NCBI GenBank assembly: GCA_963767005.1
Contig: CAVYCN010000002.1
Span: forward strand, 544,001 to 608,000
DNA from: an uncultured Actinomycetes bacterium
GTDB lineage: Bacteria; Actinomycetota; Thermoleophilia; UBA2241
DNA length: 64,000 bases
Direction of reading: 5' to 3'
Part shown: piece after piece, positions 21,370 to 33,608 of the stretch
How the letters are laid out: the number at the start of each line of letters is the position of its first letter
Position numbering within the stretch: the stretch's first letter is position 1
The notes under the pieces: generated by a model
Database searches by the model: none
The model's input: only the letters and a program-made list of their open reading frames with translations
What the model was told of the DNA's origin: nothing
Position numbers and translations under genes: made by a program

Positions 21370-24318
21370 ATGCCAGCGCCACCGCTAGAGCTCGTCGTCC
21401 TCGACACCGAGACCACCGGCCTCGACCCTGTACGTGACCGTGTCGTCGAGATCGGCGCCGCGCGCCTCGACGCCGGCCTGCGCGTCGTCGCCACCTGGGA
21501 CACCCTGGTCGACCCCGGCTGTCCGCTGCCGCTGCAGATCGCGCGGCTGACCGGCTTGAGCCCGGACGACCTCGCCGCCGCGCCGCCCTTCGGCGACGCC
21601 TACGCCGCCCTGCGCGACTTCCTGGGCGACGCCGTCGTGGTCGGTCAGAACGTCGCCTTCGACCTCGCCATGCTGGGCGCGGCGGCGGCGCGCTGCAGCG
21701 CGCCGCCGCCGCACCCGCGCGTGTTCGACACGCTCGAGGCGGCGCTGCTGCTCCTCCCCGAGCTCGACCGCCACGGTCTGAGCTCGCTCGCCCTCACGCT
21801 CGACCTCGGCGACGCGCCCCATCGCGCCCTGCCCGACGCCCTGGCGACGGCGGCCCTGCTGCGCGAGCTCGCGCGACGCGCCGCCGGCCTGTCCGACGCG
21901 GAGCGTCGCCTGCTCACGGCCGCGGCCTGGCGGCCGCTCGATCTGCTCGACACGCTGAGCGTGGCACCCGACGACCTTCCCGCGAGGCCCACGGCCGCGG
22001 CGCCAGAGCACCTTCGCGGCGTCGCTCGCCGCCCGGCCCTCACGGTGGACCGCGCCGGACCTGCCGCCGACGAGCCCCCGCCCGACGACGCCGAGCCGGC
22101 CGGCGCCGAGGCCCGTCCGGCCTCGCTGCCCTGCCGCGCCGACGGCTGGCGCGCCGCCTTTGCCGCCGACGGCGCCTTGGCGGCGGCGCTCGAGGGCTTC
22201 GCCGTCCGCCCCGGCCAGGTCGAGCTGGCCGGCGAGGTGGCCGACCTGCTCGACGGCGGCGGCCTCGCGCTCTTCGAGGCCGGCACCGGCATGGGCAAGA
22301 GCCTGGCCTATCTGCTGCCGGCTGCCTTCCGCGCGGGCGCGAGCGGCACCCGCGTCACGGTCAGCACCAAGACCAAGGCGTTGCAGCGCCAGCTCGCCGA
22401 GCGCGAGCTGCCGCTCGTCGCCTCGTGCCTGCCGGACGGCTTTCGCTGGACACTCCTCATGGGCCGCGAGAACTACGTGTGCCGCCGTCGCCTCGACGAG
22501 GCGCTCGCGAGCGCCGGCGCCGACCTGTTCGACCGCGATCGCGCTCTCGCCCTGGCCTGGCTCGCCGGCCGCCTCCGCCGCGGCCAGGTCGACGTCTCCG
22601 CGCTGCCCTTCGGCGCGACCAGCGCGCTGCCGGCCCTCGCCGAAGCCGCCCACGAACTGCGCGCCCACGCCGCGGCGTGTCTGGGCGGACGCTGCCGCGC
22701 CCGCGACGGCTGCCTCTGGCGGCGCGCTCGCGCCGCTGCCCGCGCCGCCCACCTCGTCTGCGTGAACCACGCCCTGCTGCTCGCCGGCGGCGACGCCCTG
22801 CCACCGTTCGACGACCTCGTGATCGACGAGGCCCACCTCCTGCCCGACGAGGCCGTGTCGGCCTTCACCGAGCGGGTGGACCAGGCCGCGATCGACGCGC
22901 TGCTCGACGAGGTGCGCGGCGGCCGCGGCGGCCGGCGGCCGCTGGCCGCGGTCGTTCGGCACGCGGCGAGCACGGCGCCGGCCGAGGTCGCCGCGACGCT
23001 CGAAGGCGCCGCCGTGGGCTTCGAGCGCGCCGCCACGGCCCTCCCCGGTCTCGCGGCCGACCTCGCGACGGCGCTCGAGGCGCTCGTCGCGGCGGCCGCG
23101 CCGCCGGCCGACGGCGAGGCTGCCGAGCTCTACGGTCGCACCCTGCTGCTCACGCCCGGCCTGCAGGAGCAGCCCCTGTTCGACGACGTCGCCACCGTCG
23201 GCAGCGCGCTCGGGGCCGCGCTCGCCGGCCTCGCCCGGGCATCCGCCACGGCCGCCGACGCGCTGCCCGACGAGCACCGTGAGCGGCCGCGAGCGGTCTC
23301 GGTGGGCGCCGAGGCCGCGGCTGCGGCACGCCTGCTCGACGACGCGAACCGCCCGCCACTCGCCGACGTCGTGTCGTGGGCCGAGCACGCCCGCCGGCCC
23401 GTCCGGCAGGCCGGCCGCGCCGCACGAGGCGGCTCCGTGTGGTCGCTCAACCGCGCACCGCTGTCGCCGGCTCCCCTCGTGCGCGAACGCCTGTGGGACC
23501 GGTTACGCAGCGGCGTGCTCCTGAGTGCCACGCTCGGCGTCGCCGGCTCCTTCGACTACTACCGGGGCGAGGCCGGCCTGGCCGCCGACCTGGACGTGCG
23601 CGAGCGCGTCTTCGCCTCGCCCTTCGACTACCGCCGTCAGGCGGCGCTCGTCCTCGAGCACGATCCCGCGGCGCGCTACGACGCCGCCGCGCGGCCGGCC
23701 CGCCTGGCCGCCCATCTGCGGCGCCTCACCGAGATCACCGGCGGCCGGCTGCTCGCCCTGTTCACCAACCGCCGCGAGGTCGAGGACGTGGCCGGCCGCG
23801 TCGGACCCCACGTCGAGGACGAGGGTGTCGTCCTCCTCGCTCAGGGCGTCCACGGCGGCGCGGCCGCCCTCGCCGAGGAGTTCCGCAGCCACTCGGCGAC
23901 CGTGCTGCTCGGCGTCGACGCCCTCTGGACCGGGCAGGACTTCCCCGGCGACGCCCTCGTCTGCCTGGTGATCGCACGCCTCCCCTTCCCGCGTCAGGAC
24001 GCGCGCTTCCAGGCGCGCCGGCGCGTCGCCGAGCAGGAGGGCCGCGACTGGTTCGCGTCGTTCTACCTGCCCGAGGCCGTCCTGCGTTTCCGTCAGGGGT
24101 TCGGACGCCTCATCCGCACCGAGACCGACCGGGGGGTCGTCGTGGTGCTTGACCAGCGCCTCACGCAGAAGTCGTACGAGCGCCGGTTCCTCGACAGCCT
24201 GCCGGCGCTCGACACCGTGCGGGTCGCGCCCGACGAGCTGCCGGCGGCCGTCGCGACCGCCCTCGCCCACCTGGGGGTGGAGCAGCGGTCGTCATCCGGC
24301 GCCGTGCGTCCCGGCTGA
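21370..24318 (+). CDS. dinG: DnaQ-like 3'-5' exonuclease fused to DinG family helicase
   Basis: DEDDh motifs (DTETTG, HRALPDA), EAGTGMGKS, Fe-S cysteines, DEAH and QGFGRLIR. Confidence 0.9.
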   Translation: MPAPPLELVVLDTETTGLDPVRDRVVEIGAARLDAGLRVVATWDTLVDPGCPLPLQIARLTGLSPDDLAAAPPFGDAYAALRDFLGDAVVVGQNVAFDLAMLGAAAARCSAPPPHPRVFDTLEAALLLLPELDRHGLSSLALTLDLGDAPHRALPDALATAALLRELARRAAGLSDAERRLLTAAAWRPLDLLDTLSVAPDDLPARPTAAAPEHLRGVARRPALTVDRAGPAADEPPPDDAEPAGAEARPASLPCRADGWRAAFAADGALAAALEGFAVRPGQVELAGEVADLLDGGGLALFEAGTGMGKSLAYLLPAAFRAGASGTRVTVSTKTKALQRQLAERELPLVASCLPDGFRWTLLMGRENYVCRRRLDEALASAGADLFDRDRALALAWLAGRLRRGQVDVSALPFGATSALPALAEAAHELRAHAAACLGGRCRARDGCLWRRARAAARAAHLVCVNHALLLAGGDALPPFDDLVIDEAHLLPDEAVSAFTERVDQAAIDALLDEVRGGRGGRRPLAAVVRHAASTAPAEVAATLEGAAVGFERAATALPGLAADLATALEALVAAAAPPADGEAAELYGRTLLLTPGLQEQPLFDDVATVGSALGAALAGLARASATAADALPDEHRERPRAVSVGAEAAAAARLLDDANRPPLADVVSWAEHARRPVRQAGRAARGGSVWSLNRAPLSPAPLVRERLWDRLRSGVLLSATLGVAGSFDYYRGEAGLAADLDVRERVFASPFDYRRQAALVLEHDPAARYDAAARPARLAAHLRRLTEITGGRLLALFTNRREVEDVAGRVGPHVEDEGVVLLAQGVHGGAAALAEEFRSHSATVLLGVDALWTGQDFPGDALVCLVIARLPFPRQDARFQARRRVAEQEGRDWFASFYLPEAVLRFRQGFGRLIRTETDRGVVVVLDQRLTQKSYERRFLDSLPALDTVRVAPDELPAAVATALAHLGVEQRSSSGAVRPG

Positions 24319-24329
24319 CGCCGGCTGAT

Positions 24330-24517
24330 CGTTGCGCGCCTCGTCCGGCAGTCGACTTCGTCGGCGCCGCTCAGGCGGGCGTGACTACGTTGCGCGCCTA
24401 GTCCGGCGATCGACTTCGTCGGCGCCGCTCAGGCAGGCGTGACTACGTTGCGCGCCTAGTCCGGCGATCGACTTCGTCGGCGCCGCTCAGGCAGGCGTGG
24501 CTGCGCTGCGCGCCTAG
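24330..24517. repeat. Intergenic tandem repeat, 58-bp unit x about 3.2
   Basis: Unit CGTTGCGCGCCTAGTCCGGCGATCGACTTCGTCGGCGCCGCTCAGGCAGGCGTGACTA starts at 24330, 24388, 24446 and (partial) 24504. No spacers. Confidence 0.93.
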
Positions 24518-24981
24518 TGCTTGCGGCCGCCGCGGCGCTGCGGCGCGCGACGGGCGCCGCCCTTGGCGGGGCGTCCGCTCTGGCCTCCGCTACGCTCCCG
24601 TGAGACGTAGGGGTCGGCGGGCGCGTCGCCGGTCGTCATCTTCAGGGCGACAGCCCTGGTGCGCTGGCCGCAGCGCGGGCAGGTGAGCGACTTCCAGGTG
24701 TGGTAGGTGCCGTCCGGGTTGCGGCCCACCCCGGAAAAGGTCAGAAGGTTGACGACCGTCGGCGCCCGGAAGGCGTGGCCGCAGTTGCCACAGCGATACG
24801 AGTAGGTGCGCGAGAAGGCGCGCACCAGCATGAGCGTCAGCAGCAGCATGATGAGGACCGTGAAGGCCAGGCCCCAGCGCGGGTAGATGAACATGACGAC
24901 GAAGGCGAACGCCACGCCGAAACCGAGGGCGATCCCGATGCGGTAGAGCGCTTCGCGCGGGTTGTAGCGGGACGGACTCAC
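24514..24981 (-). CDS. Small membrane protein with two TM helices and a CxxC...CxxC zinc ribbon
   Basis: From GTG 24981: two hydrophobic helices, then YRCGNCGHAF...LTCPRCG. Directly follows the ABC permease. Confidence 0.7.
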   Translation of the reverse strand: MSPSRYNPREALYRIGIALGFGVAFAFVVMFIYPRWGLAFTVLIMLLLTLMLVRAFSRTYSYRCGNCGHAFRAPTVVNLLTFSGVGRNPDGTYHTWKSLTCPRCGQRTRAVALKMTTGDAPADPYVSRERSGGQSGRPAKGGARRAPQRRGGRKH

Positions 24982-24988
24982 GTGAGCA

Positions 24989-26080
24989 TCACTCCCAGCG
25001 GAAGAAACGGACGGACAATACGAAGAAGAAGCCGGTAACGACCGCCAGGATGAGGATATCCCAGCGCACCGCCCACAGCGCAAAACCCTTGACCATGACG
25101 TCGCGCATGGCGTTGGCGAGGTAGTAGAGCGGCATCGCCTTGACCACCGGCTGGATCCAGGCGGGCGCATTGTTCATGGGAAAGAAGATGCCGGACAGGA
25201 ACATCATGGGCGTGCCGATCACCTGACCCAGGGCGGCGGCGATCTCGGCGTTGTGCGAGACGGCCGCCACGAAGAAGCCGATCGACACGAACCCCCCCGA
25301 GCCGAGCAGGGCGAGCACCGCCATGCGCTCGAGGGTCGGACCACTCGCCATGTGCACGTGGAACATGCCCACGCCCACGGCGATCACCAGGGCGGCCTGG
25401 ATGAGCGCGAGGAACAGGTGGACCAGCACGCGCGAGCCGACGAAGCTCGGCAGCGGCATCGGCGTCGCCTTGAGGCGCCGCAGCACGCCGCGCTGGCGGT
25501 AGGTGACGAAGGTGCCGGAGACCCCGTAGATGCCGTTCGTCATGAGCGCCATGGCGACCACGCCGGGCACGAGGAAGCTGATGTAGTTGAAGCTCGAGCT
25601 CGCGATGCCTTGCGAGGTGAGCTCGAACTTCGGCTGCGAGCCGGTCGCCCGGTCCGAGAACTGGGTCATCACCGTCTGGGTGACCATCGTCACCGTGCCG
25701 GCCTGTGACAGCGACGTGTTGTCGTAGTAGAAGGGCAGGTGGGCGACGCTGCTCGCAAAGCTCTTCTCGAGGCCGGCCGGCAGCACGAGCACCGCCGCGT
25801 AGTCGCCGTTTCTGAGCGAGTGGAGCGCCCGCTGCCTGCCGGTCACCTCGGAGACCTGCAGCGCGTCGACCTTCTGGAAGGCGCCGACCAGGGCGCTGGC
25901 CATCGGCCCGTGGTCCTGATCGACGATCGCCAGCTTGGTGGTGAACGAGCCCGACTGGCCGAACACGACGCCCAGCAGGAACATCAGCAGGACCGGGAAG
26001 AAGAACGTCCAGAACAGCGCCTGGCGATTGCGCACGGTGATCTGGACGTCGGACTTCACGAAGTCCCAGAAGGTGCGCAT
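24989..26080 (-). CDS. ABC-2 type exporter permease
   Basis: LFWTFFFPVLLM, FLVPGVVAM, RQRGVLRRLKATP and FLSGIFFP motifs. Confidence 0.93.
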   Translation of the reverse strand: MRTFWDFVKSDVQITVRNRQALFWTFFFPVLLMFLLGVVFGQSGSFTTKLAIVDQDHGPMASALVGAFQKVDALQVSEVTGRQRALHSLRNGDYAAVLVLPAGLEKSFASSVAHLPFYYDNTSLSQAGTVTMVTQTVMTQFSDRATGSQPKFELTSQGIASSSFNYISFLVPGVVAMALMTNGIYGVSGTFVTYRQRGVLRRLKATPMPLPSFVGSRVLVHLFLALIQAALVIAVGVGMFHVHMASGPTLERMAVLALLGSGGFVSIGFFVAAVSHNAEIAAALGQVIGTPMMFLSGIFFPMNNAPAWIQPVVKAMPLYYLANAMRDVMVKGFALWAVRWDILILAVVTGFFFVLSVRFFRWE

Positions 26081-27088
26081 CTACCGGCCTCTCCCCCAGC
26101 CGAAACGCCGCTTCTTGGGCGCGGCCGCGGCCTCTTCCTCGTCGTCGCTCAGCTTGCGCCCGGTCATGCTGAGGAAGACGTCCTCGAGGTCGGCGCCCTT
26201 TACGTCGAGGTGCGCGACCCGCAGGCCGCGGGTCCGGGCGAGGTCCAGCAGCGAGACCACCGTGCGCTGGGCGTCGTCGGCGATCACCTCGTAGCCGTTC
26301 TCGACGGCCCGGCAGGCGGTGGCGCCGTCGAGGTCGCATAGGTCGTCGGCCGCCATCCGCTGGCTCAGGTCGAACCGCACCGTGGCCTCGGTGCCGAGCT
26401 GCGTGATCAGCGCGCGCGGCGCGTCGAGGGCCATGACGCGGCCGCGGTCCATCACGGCGACGCGATCGCACAGACGCTCGGCCTCCTCCATGTAGTGCGT
26501 CGTCAGGACAACGGTCGTGCCGTCGCGGTTGATCTCGCCGATCACGTCCCAGAGCGCCCGCCGGGCGCGCGGGTCGAGCCCGGTGGTGGGCTCGTCGAGG
26601 AAGGTGACGACCGGGTCATTGACGAGCGCCAGGGCGATCGAGAGGCGCTGCGCCTGGCCGCCGGACAGCTCGCTGGCGAAGGCATCGGTCTTCTCGGCGA
26701 GGCCGACCCGGTCGAGCAGCGCGACGCAGTCGCGCCGCTCACGGTAGATGCCGTAGCAGGAGCCGAAGATGTAGATGATCTCGTGGAGCCGCTGGTAGTC
26801 GAACAGGGCGGTCGCCTGGAGCTGCACGCCGATGCGTCGCTTGACGGCGGTCGGGTCAGGCCAGACCGGCAGGCCGTCGACCGTCACCTCGCCGCCGTCG
26901 GGCCGCCGCAGCCCCTCGACCATCTCCAGGGTGGTCGTCTTGCCGGCGCCGTTGGGGCCGAGGATGCCGAAGATCTCGCCGCGCTGCACGGCGAGCGAGA
27001 TGGCGTCGACCGCCACCAGGTCGCCGTAGCGCTTGGTCAGGCCGCTGACGCGGATGACGTCGGGATCGTCGGGCGTGATGGTGACCAG
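26081..27088 (-). CDS. ABC exporter ATP-binding protein (start uncertain, possibly CTG)
   Basis: GPNGAGKTT, LSGGQ and LDEPTTGLD. The frame continues upstream of 27016 through VIRVSGLTKRYGDL to a CTG placed after GAGGAG. Confidence 0.92.
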   Translation of the reverse strand: MVTITPDDPDVIRVSGLTKRYGDLVAVDAISLAVQRGEIFGILGPNGAGKTTTLEMVEGLRRPDGGEVTVDGLPVWPDPTAVKRRIGVQLQATALFDYQRLHEIIYIFGSCYGIYRERRDCVALLDRVGLAEKTDAFASELSGGQAQRLSIALALVNDPVVTFLDEPTTGLDPRARRALWDVIGEINRDGTTVVLTTHYMEEAERLCDRVAVMDRGRVMALDAPRALITQLGTEATVRFDLSQRMAADDLCDLDGATACRAVENGYEVIADDAQRTVVSLLDLARTRGLRVAHLDVKGADLEDVFLSMTGRKLSDDEEEAAAAPKKRRFGWGRGR

Positions 27089-27186
27089 CGTCGCTCCTCG
27101 TGGCGCTCTCGTTCGTGCGGGTCACCGTCGAGTATACCGGCGTCGCTTGCCGCGGCGCACGCATCGGGACGGCCGGGCGTGGACGA

Positions 27187-28338
27187 TCAGGCGCGCGGCG
27201 GCTCGGGCGGCGCCGGCGGCGGACCGGGCGGCGCCGCTGGCGGCGCCGGCGGCTGCGAACGGCTCCAGGGCGGAGGCTCGCTCACCCAGGGTCGCGGCTG
27301 CTCGGGCTGCGCGCCGGGCGGCGACGCCTGTTGCGGCGCTCCGCTCGGAGCGCCGGACGGCGGCGCGGAGGGCGGCGACCCTGGTGCCGCGTAGGGCGGC
27401 GGGCCGTACGGGGCGACCCCGGGTGGCGGCTGCGTGGAGGGGGCCCAGCCGGAAGCGGCCGGCGGGCCGTACGGGCCCCGCCCTCCCGCCGGCGCGTACG
27501 GCGGCGGACCGTACGGCCCCGCGGCGGGCGGCGCGTACGGCGGCGGCCCAGCCGGGGCGGAGTACGGCGCGGGTCCTGTCGCGCCCCAGGCCGGCTGCCA
27601 GGGTCCGAACGACCACGAGTAGACCACCCCGCCCTGCCAGGCCGCCGACGGACCGGGGAAGCTCGAGGGCAGGGCCCCACCCCCACCGCTCGCCTGCAGG
27701 TACATCGAGGAGTAGGCGGCGAACTGCCACGGCGTGAGGACCACGGCAGCGACGAGACCGCCGATGCCGAACGTCACGGAGCTCAGCAAGCTGTTCGCCA
27801 TGCCGGCGATGAAGCCGACCAGGAAGATGGCCAGGAAGGTGATCCAGAAGCCGCTGCCCGAGACGAGCTCGCGGCTGGCCCTGAGCGCGTCGACCACGCC
27901 GAGCCGGCGGTCGGCCATGAGCGGCAGCCAGTAGACCCAGACGGTCCCGAGGTAGGCCGCCACGAACGCGGCGGCGATGGCGGCGATCATCGTCAGGAAG
28001 ATACCGAAGGCGCGTGCGCCGGAGTCGCGCACGACGAGCAGCAGCAGCGGCGCGCCGACGACGACGGCGAAAGCCAGAGCGACACCGACGAACAGCAGGT
28101 AGGCGAGCAGGAACGCGCCGATCCGATCGCAGCAGTCGAACACGTTGCGCATCTCGGGCTTGCGCCCCTCGCGCACGCGGCGCAGCATCATCAGGTAAAG
28201 GCCGGCGCACAGGGGCGCGGCCAGGATGCCGACGGTGACGACAGACAGGGCGAGCGTGATCAGGGCGCCCAGTATGAGTACGCCCCAGTCCTTGGTGAAG
28301 ATCACCCACGAGTCCTTGAGGACCCGGCCGATGTCCAT
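27187..28338 (-). CDS. Multi-pass membrane protein with long Pro/Gly/Tyr-rich C-terminal tail
   Basis: MDIGRVLKDSW start, several hydrophobic helices and a tail with repeated PYGPPPYA-like units. Confidence 0.75.
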   Translation of the reverse strand: MDIGRVLKDSWVIFTKDWGVLILGALITLALSVVTVGILAAPLCAGLYLMMLRRVREGRKPEMRNVFDCCDRIGAFLLAYLLFVGVALAFAVVVGAPLLLLVVRDSGARAFGIFLTMIAAIAAAFVAAYLGTVWVYWLPLMADRRLGVVDALRASRELVSGSGFWITFLAIFLVGFIAGMANSLLSSVTFGIGGLVAAVVLTPWQFAAYSSMYLQASGGGGALPSSFPGPSAAWQGGVVYSWSFGPWQPAWGATGPAPYSAPAGPPPYAPPAAGPYGPPPYAPAGGRGPYGPPAASGWAPSTQPPPGVAPYGPPPYAAPGSPPSAPPSGAPSGAPQQASPPGAQPEQPRPWVSEPPPWSRSQPPAPPAAPPGPPPAPPEPPRA

Positions 28339-28590
28339 GCCGTCGTCTCCCCCGTCGTCGCCCGCGCGCGGCGGCCGCACGCGTGCCGCGGCCCGCTCAC
28401 GGGCCGCCGGACCCATCGTCGTTGCCCCGTCGTCGTCGCCGCCCGCACACGGGCCCGCGGAAACCGCCGTGGTTGCGGCCCGCGCCCGAGCCTACGGAGC
28501 ATCTATCGGCCTCGTGCGCCCTGGACATGAAGCGGCACGGCCGCGGGCCCGCGGGCCGTGACCGTCCGGCGCCGGACCGAGCGCCGCCGG

Positions 28591-29523
28591 TTACACGGTC
28601 GCCAGGACCGCCGCCAGGTTGCGCGCGAGCGCGACGCCCAGGAAGTCGTCGTCGTAGGAGAGCAAGCCGAGCTCGTCGAGCTTGCCGCACAGGCCGCTCT
28701 CGCGGGCCAGCACGTCGCGGTCGAGACCGGCGAGCAGCAGCGCCGTCTCGCGCTCGTCGAACACGGCCGTCTCGGCGAGCTTGTCGCGCCCGGCGAGGTT
28801 CTCCGGGCAGCAGCGCTGGCAGCGCAGGCAGCCCCAGAGGCAGTGGTGCCAGGACGGGTCGATCCAGGCGGGGAACGGCCGGTCGCTCTCGTTGTGCAGG
28901 GTCAGGCAACGGTCGCCGTGCAGCAGAAAGCGGTCGGCGCCGATGGCGCCGGTGGGACAGGCGCGGCGGCACGCGTCGCAGGTCTCGCAGCGCTCGAGCA
29001 GGCGCGGCCCCGTCCAGAGGTCGTCGCCGGCAGGGAGGTCGGTCGCGCACACGGCGAGCTCGCAGAAGCTGCCGCACCCCTCGGCGTAGAGGATGTTGTT
29101 GCGGCCGTACCGCCCCAGGCCGGCGCACGCCGCGACCAGCTTCTCGGGCAGCGCGACGAGCGCCGCCCGGCGGCCCGACGGAGCGAGGGCCGCCGACACG
29201 GCGCTCAGGACCTCGGCCTGGGTCTCGGTGTGATGGCAGTAGGTGGTGGGGATCGGCACGTCGTGCTCGCGACCGTCCCGGGTCACGGTCACCCGCGCGC
29301 AGGCATGCGGCACGACGGTCGCGACGAGCGACCGCGTCCCCTGCAGGCCGGCATCGAGGTCGACGTTGCGCGCGAGGACCTCGCGCACCCCCGGGTCGAG
29401 CTCGGCGCGACCGGCGTCGATCTCGGCGCGCAGGTCGTCGAGACGCTCCACCGGCACCACCGCCACTCGCCAGCCGCGCCCGGTCAGCGTGGCGCTCAGA
29501 CGGTCACTCGTCAGGTCGCTCAA
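28591..29523 (-). CDS. QueG-like (epoxyqueuosine reductase family) 4Fe-4S dicluster protein
   Basis: LPEKLVAACAGLGRYGRNN, CETCDACRRACPTGAI, RCLTLHNE and LWGCLRCQRCCP. Confidence 0.78.
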   Translation of the reverse strand: MSDLTSDRLSATLTGRGWRVAVVPVERLDDLRAEIDAGRAELDPGVREVLARNVDLDAGLQGTRSLVATVVPHACARVTVTRDGREHDVPIPTTYCHHTETQAEVLSAVSAALAPSGRRAALVALPEKLVAACAGLGRYGRNNILYAEGCGSFCELAVCATDLPAGDDLWTGPRLLERCETCDACRRACPTGAIGADRFLLHGDRCLTLHNESDRPFPAWIDPSWHHCLWGCLRCQRCCPENLAGRDKLAETAVFDERETALLLAGLDRDVLARESGLCGKLDELGLLSYDDDFLGVALARNLAAVLATV

Positions 29524-29680
29524 AGCCTGCCTCCCTCGCGGCTCACGGGCAGGCCAAGGGTAGCCCGGATCGCGGCCGCAAGTACAGCCGGCCGGTCAAC
29601 CCGCGGCGCCTTGTGGCCGATACCCTCGCCAGGACCGGCGGGCGGCGCCCGCCGGTCGAGACGACGACAAGGAGCGCGGC

Positions 29681-30163
29681 ATGCGCAAGACCTGTCTGCT
29701 GATCGCCGCCTGCCTGCTCTGCGCGGCGGCCGCCATGCTCGCCGGCTGCAGCCTGACGAGCGTGTCGAGCGGCCAGGGCAGCAAGAACGTCGACGTCACC
29801 ATGGGCGGCCACGTGACGACCGACGGCACCCTCGACTTCAAGGCCGTCGGCTACAGCGGCAACGGGCTCCAGATCGAGAACTCGGCGACGCAGGCCAAGC
29901 TTACGATCCAGCCCGGCACGCCGATCTATGCCGGCGACGGCAGCGTGGCGGCGCGCGTCGTCGGCACGGCCGCCCTGACGCTCGCCCCCGGCCAGACCGG
30001 CACGCTCGTCCTGAGCGCCGAGCTGGCTCCGGGCGAGGAGTACTACCTGGGCGCCACCGACGGCGGCACGCCCTCGATCCGCCAGCTCTTCCTGTGCCCC
30101 GGCGATGCGGCCGGCACGGGCTCCGCCGACTCCACCGGCAGCGCCCTCGACAACCTGCCGTGA
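29681..30163 (+). CDS. Putative lipoprotein, function unknown
   Basis: AAGGAG RBS; signal peptide with lipobox LAGC. Confidence 0.7.
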   Translation: MRKTCLLIAACLLCAAAAMLAGCSLTSVSSGQGSKNVDVTMGGHVTTDGTLDFKAVGYSGNGLQIENSATQAKLTIQPGTPIYAGDGSVAARVVGTAALTLAPGQTGTLVLSAELAPGEEYYLGATDGGTPSIRQLFLCPGDAAGTGSADSTGSALDNLP

Positions 30164-30302
30164 GCGTGCCGCGCGGCGGCGGCGGGACGCCGCCGCCGCG
30201 CGGCGCCGGCCCACCCGCCACGCCCCCGACTGCACGTGCGGCGTGCGGCCCGCGGCCGCTCGACGCCGACCGCCGCGGGCCGGTCCCGTATACTGGTCGC
30301 CC

Positions 30303-32218
<1,916 letters not shown>

Positions 32219-32222
<4 letters not shown>

Positions 32223-33070
32223 CACGGCCCACTTCCGCTGGAGCGCCGGCCGCGGCGATCGCCGGCGTCGTCCCGCCGCCGGCGATCGTGCGGGCGCTGC
32301 AGGAGCGGCTGCTCGCGTGGTACGGCGAGCACCGCCGCGACCTGCCCTGGCGGCGCACGACCGATCCCTATGCCATCCTCGTGAGCGAGGTCATGCTCCA
32401 GCAGACGCAGGTGCCGCGCGTGATCGCCCGCTACGGACCGTTCCTCGAGCGCTTTCCCACGCTGGCCGCACTGGCCCGCGCTCCGCTGCCCGAGGTGCTG
32501 GCCGCCTGGCTCGGCCTCGGCTACAACACGCGCGCTCTGCGCCTCAAGCGCTGCGCCGAGGCGGCGCCCGGCGGCCTGCCGCGCGACCTCCTCAGTCTGC
32601 GGGGCCTGCCCGGCGTCGGACCCTATACCGCTCGGGCCGTTCTCGTCTTCGCGCACGACGCCGACCTCGCCGCCGTCGATGCCAACGTGCGCCGCGTGCT
32701 GACGAGCGAGCTCGCCCTGCCCCACGACCTCTCCCCCGCGGCGCTGCAGGTCGTGGCCGACGCCGTGCTGCCGCGCGGGCGCTCGCGCGACTGGCACAAC
32801 GCCCTCATGGACTACGGCTCGCTCGTGCTCACGGCGCGCGCCACCGGCATCGCGCCGCGGACGCGCCAGACGCCGTTCGCCGGCTCGCCCCGCGAGCGCC
32901 GCGCCCGACTGCTACGCCGCCTGGTCGACGACGGCCCGCTCACGCTCGCCGCCGCGGCCGCGGCCCTCGGCGTGCCCCCCGCCGCCTGCCGCGAGACGGC
33001 CGCGAGCCTGGCGGCCGACGGCCTCGTCGTCGAGGACGCCGGCGGCCTGCTCAAGGTGGTCGAGGCATGA
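32219..33070 (+). CDS. MutY-like HhH-GPD DNA glycosylase lacking the 4Fe-4S motif
   Basis: RDLPWR, PYAILVSEVMLQQTQV, W.GLGY..RA, LPGVGPYTA, VDANVRRV and NALMDYG. GTG overlaps the ABC-F stop. Confidence 0.88.
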
Positions 33071-33588
33071 CGGGCGGCGGCGAGCAGACGGGCGTGGGCG
33101 CGACGCCCGGCGCGGCACCGTACGAGATCGAGATCGTACCCGTGGCCGAGCAGGTCTTCGTGTGCTTGGGAGGTCGCGGATCGGTCGGCGAGCTGCGCGA
33201 GCGCGAGCGGCGGCTGGCCGCCGCCCTCGCGGCTGCCGGCGTCGCGCCGGCCGGCCCCGTCATGGCACGCTACCCCGAGACCGGCTACGACCCGGCGGAC
33301 GTCGAGTTCGAGGTCTGCCTGCCGATCGCGCCGCGCCCCGACGGCTCGGTGCCGGACCGCGTGGCCGGCCTGCCGACCGTGCTGATCCCCGCGCACCACG
33401 CGATGGTCGCGCGCCACCATGGTCCCCGGACCGGCCTGGCCGCGGCCCACCACGCCATCGCCGCAGCGCTCGACGACGTCGGCTACCGGCGCGCCGGGCC
33501 CGTCAGCGAGGTGTACCTCGTCGGTCCCGCGCAGGGTGTCCCGGCGAGCGAGTACCTGACCGAGGTGCGCTACCCGTACGCCCGCTGA
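33067..33588 (+). CDS. GyrI-like small-molecule binding domain protein
   Basis: ATGA overlap with the upstream gene. Motifs GPVMARY, FEVCLPI, HHGP..GL..AH, GPVSEVYLVGP and TEVRYP. Confidence 0.8.
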   Translation: MTGGGEQTGVGATPGAAPYEIEIVPVAEQVFVCLGGRGSVGELRERERRLAAALAAAGVAPAGPVMARYPETGYDPADVEFEVCLPIAPRPDGSVPDRVAGLPTVLIPAHHAMVARHHGPRTGLAAAHHAIAAALDDVGYRRAGPVSEVYLVGPAQGVPASEYLTEVRYPYAR

Positions 33589-33608
33589 GGCGGACCACGG
33601 GCCGTCCG

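Noticed and set aside
24330-24517. Possible CRISPR array
   Set aside because: The units are contiguous 58-bp repeats with no unique spacers, and no cas genes are in the window.
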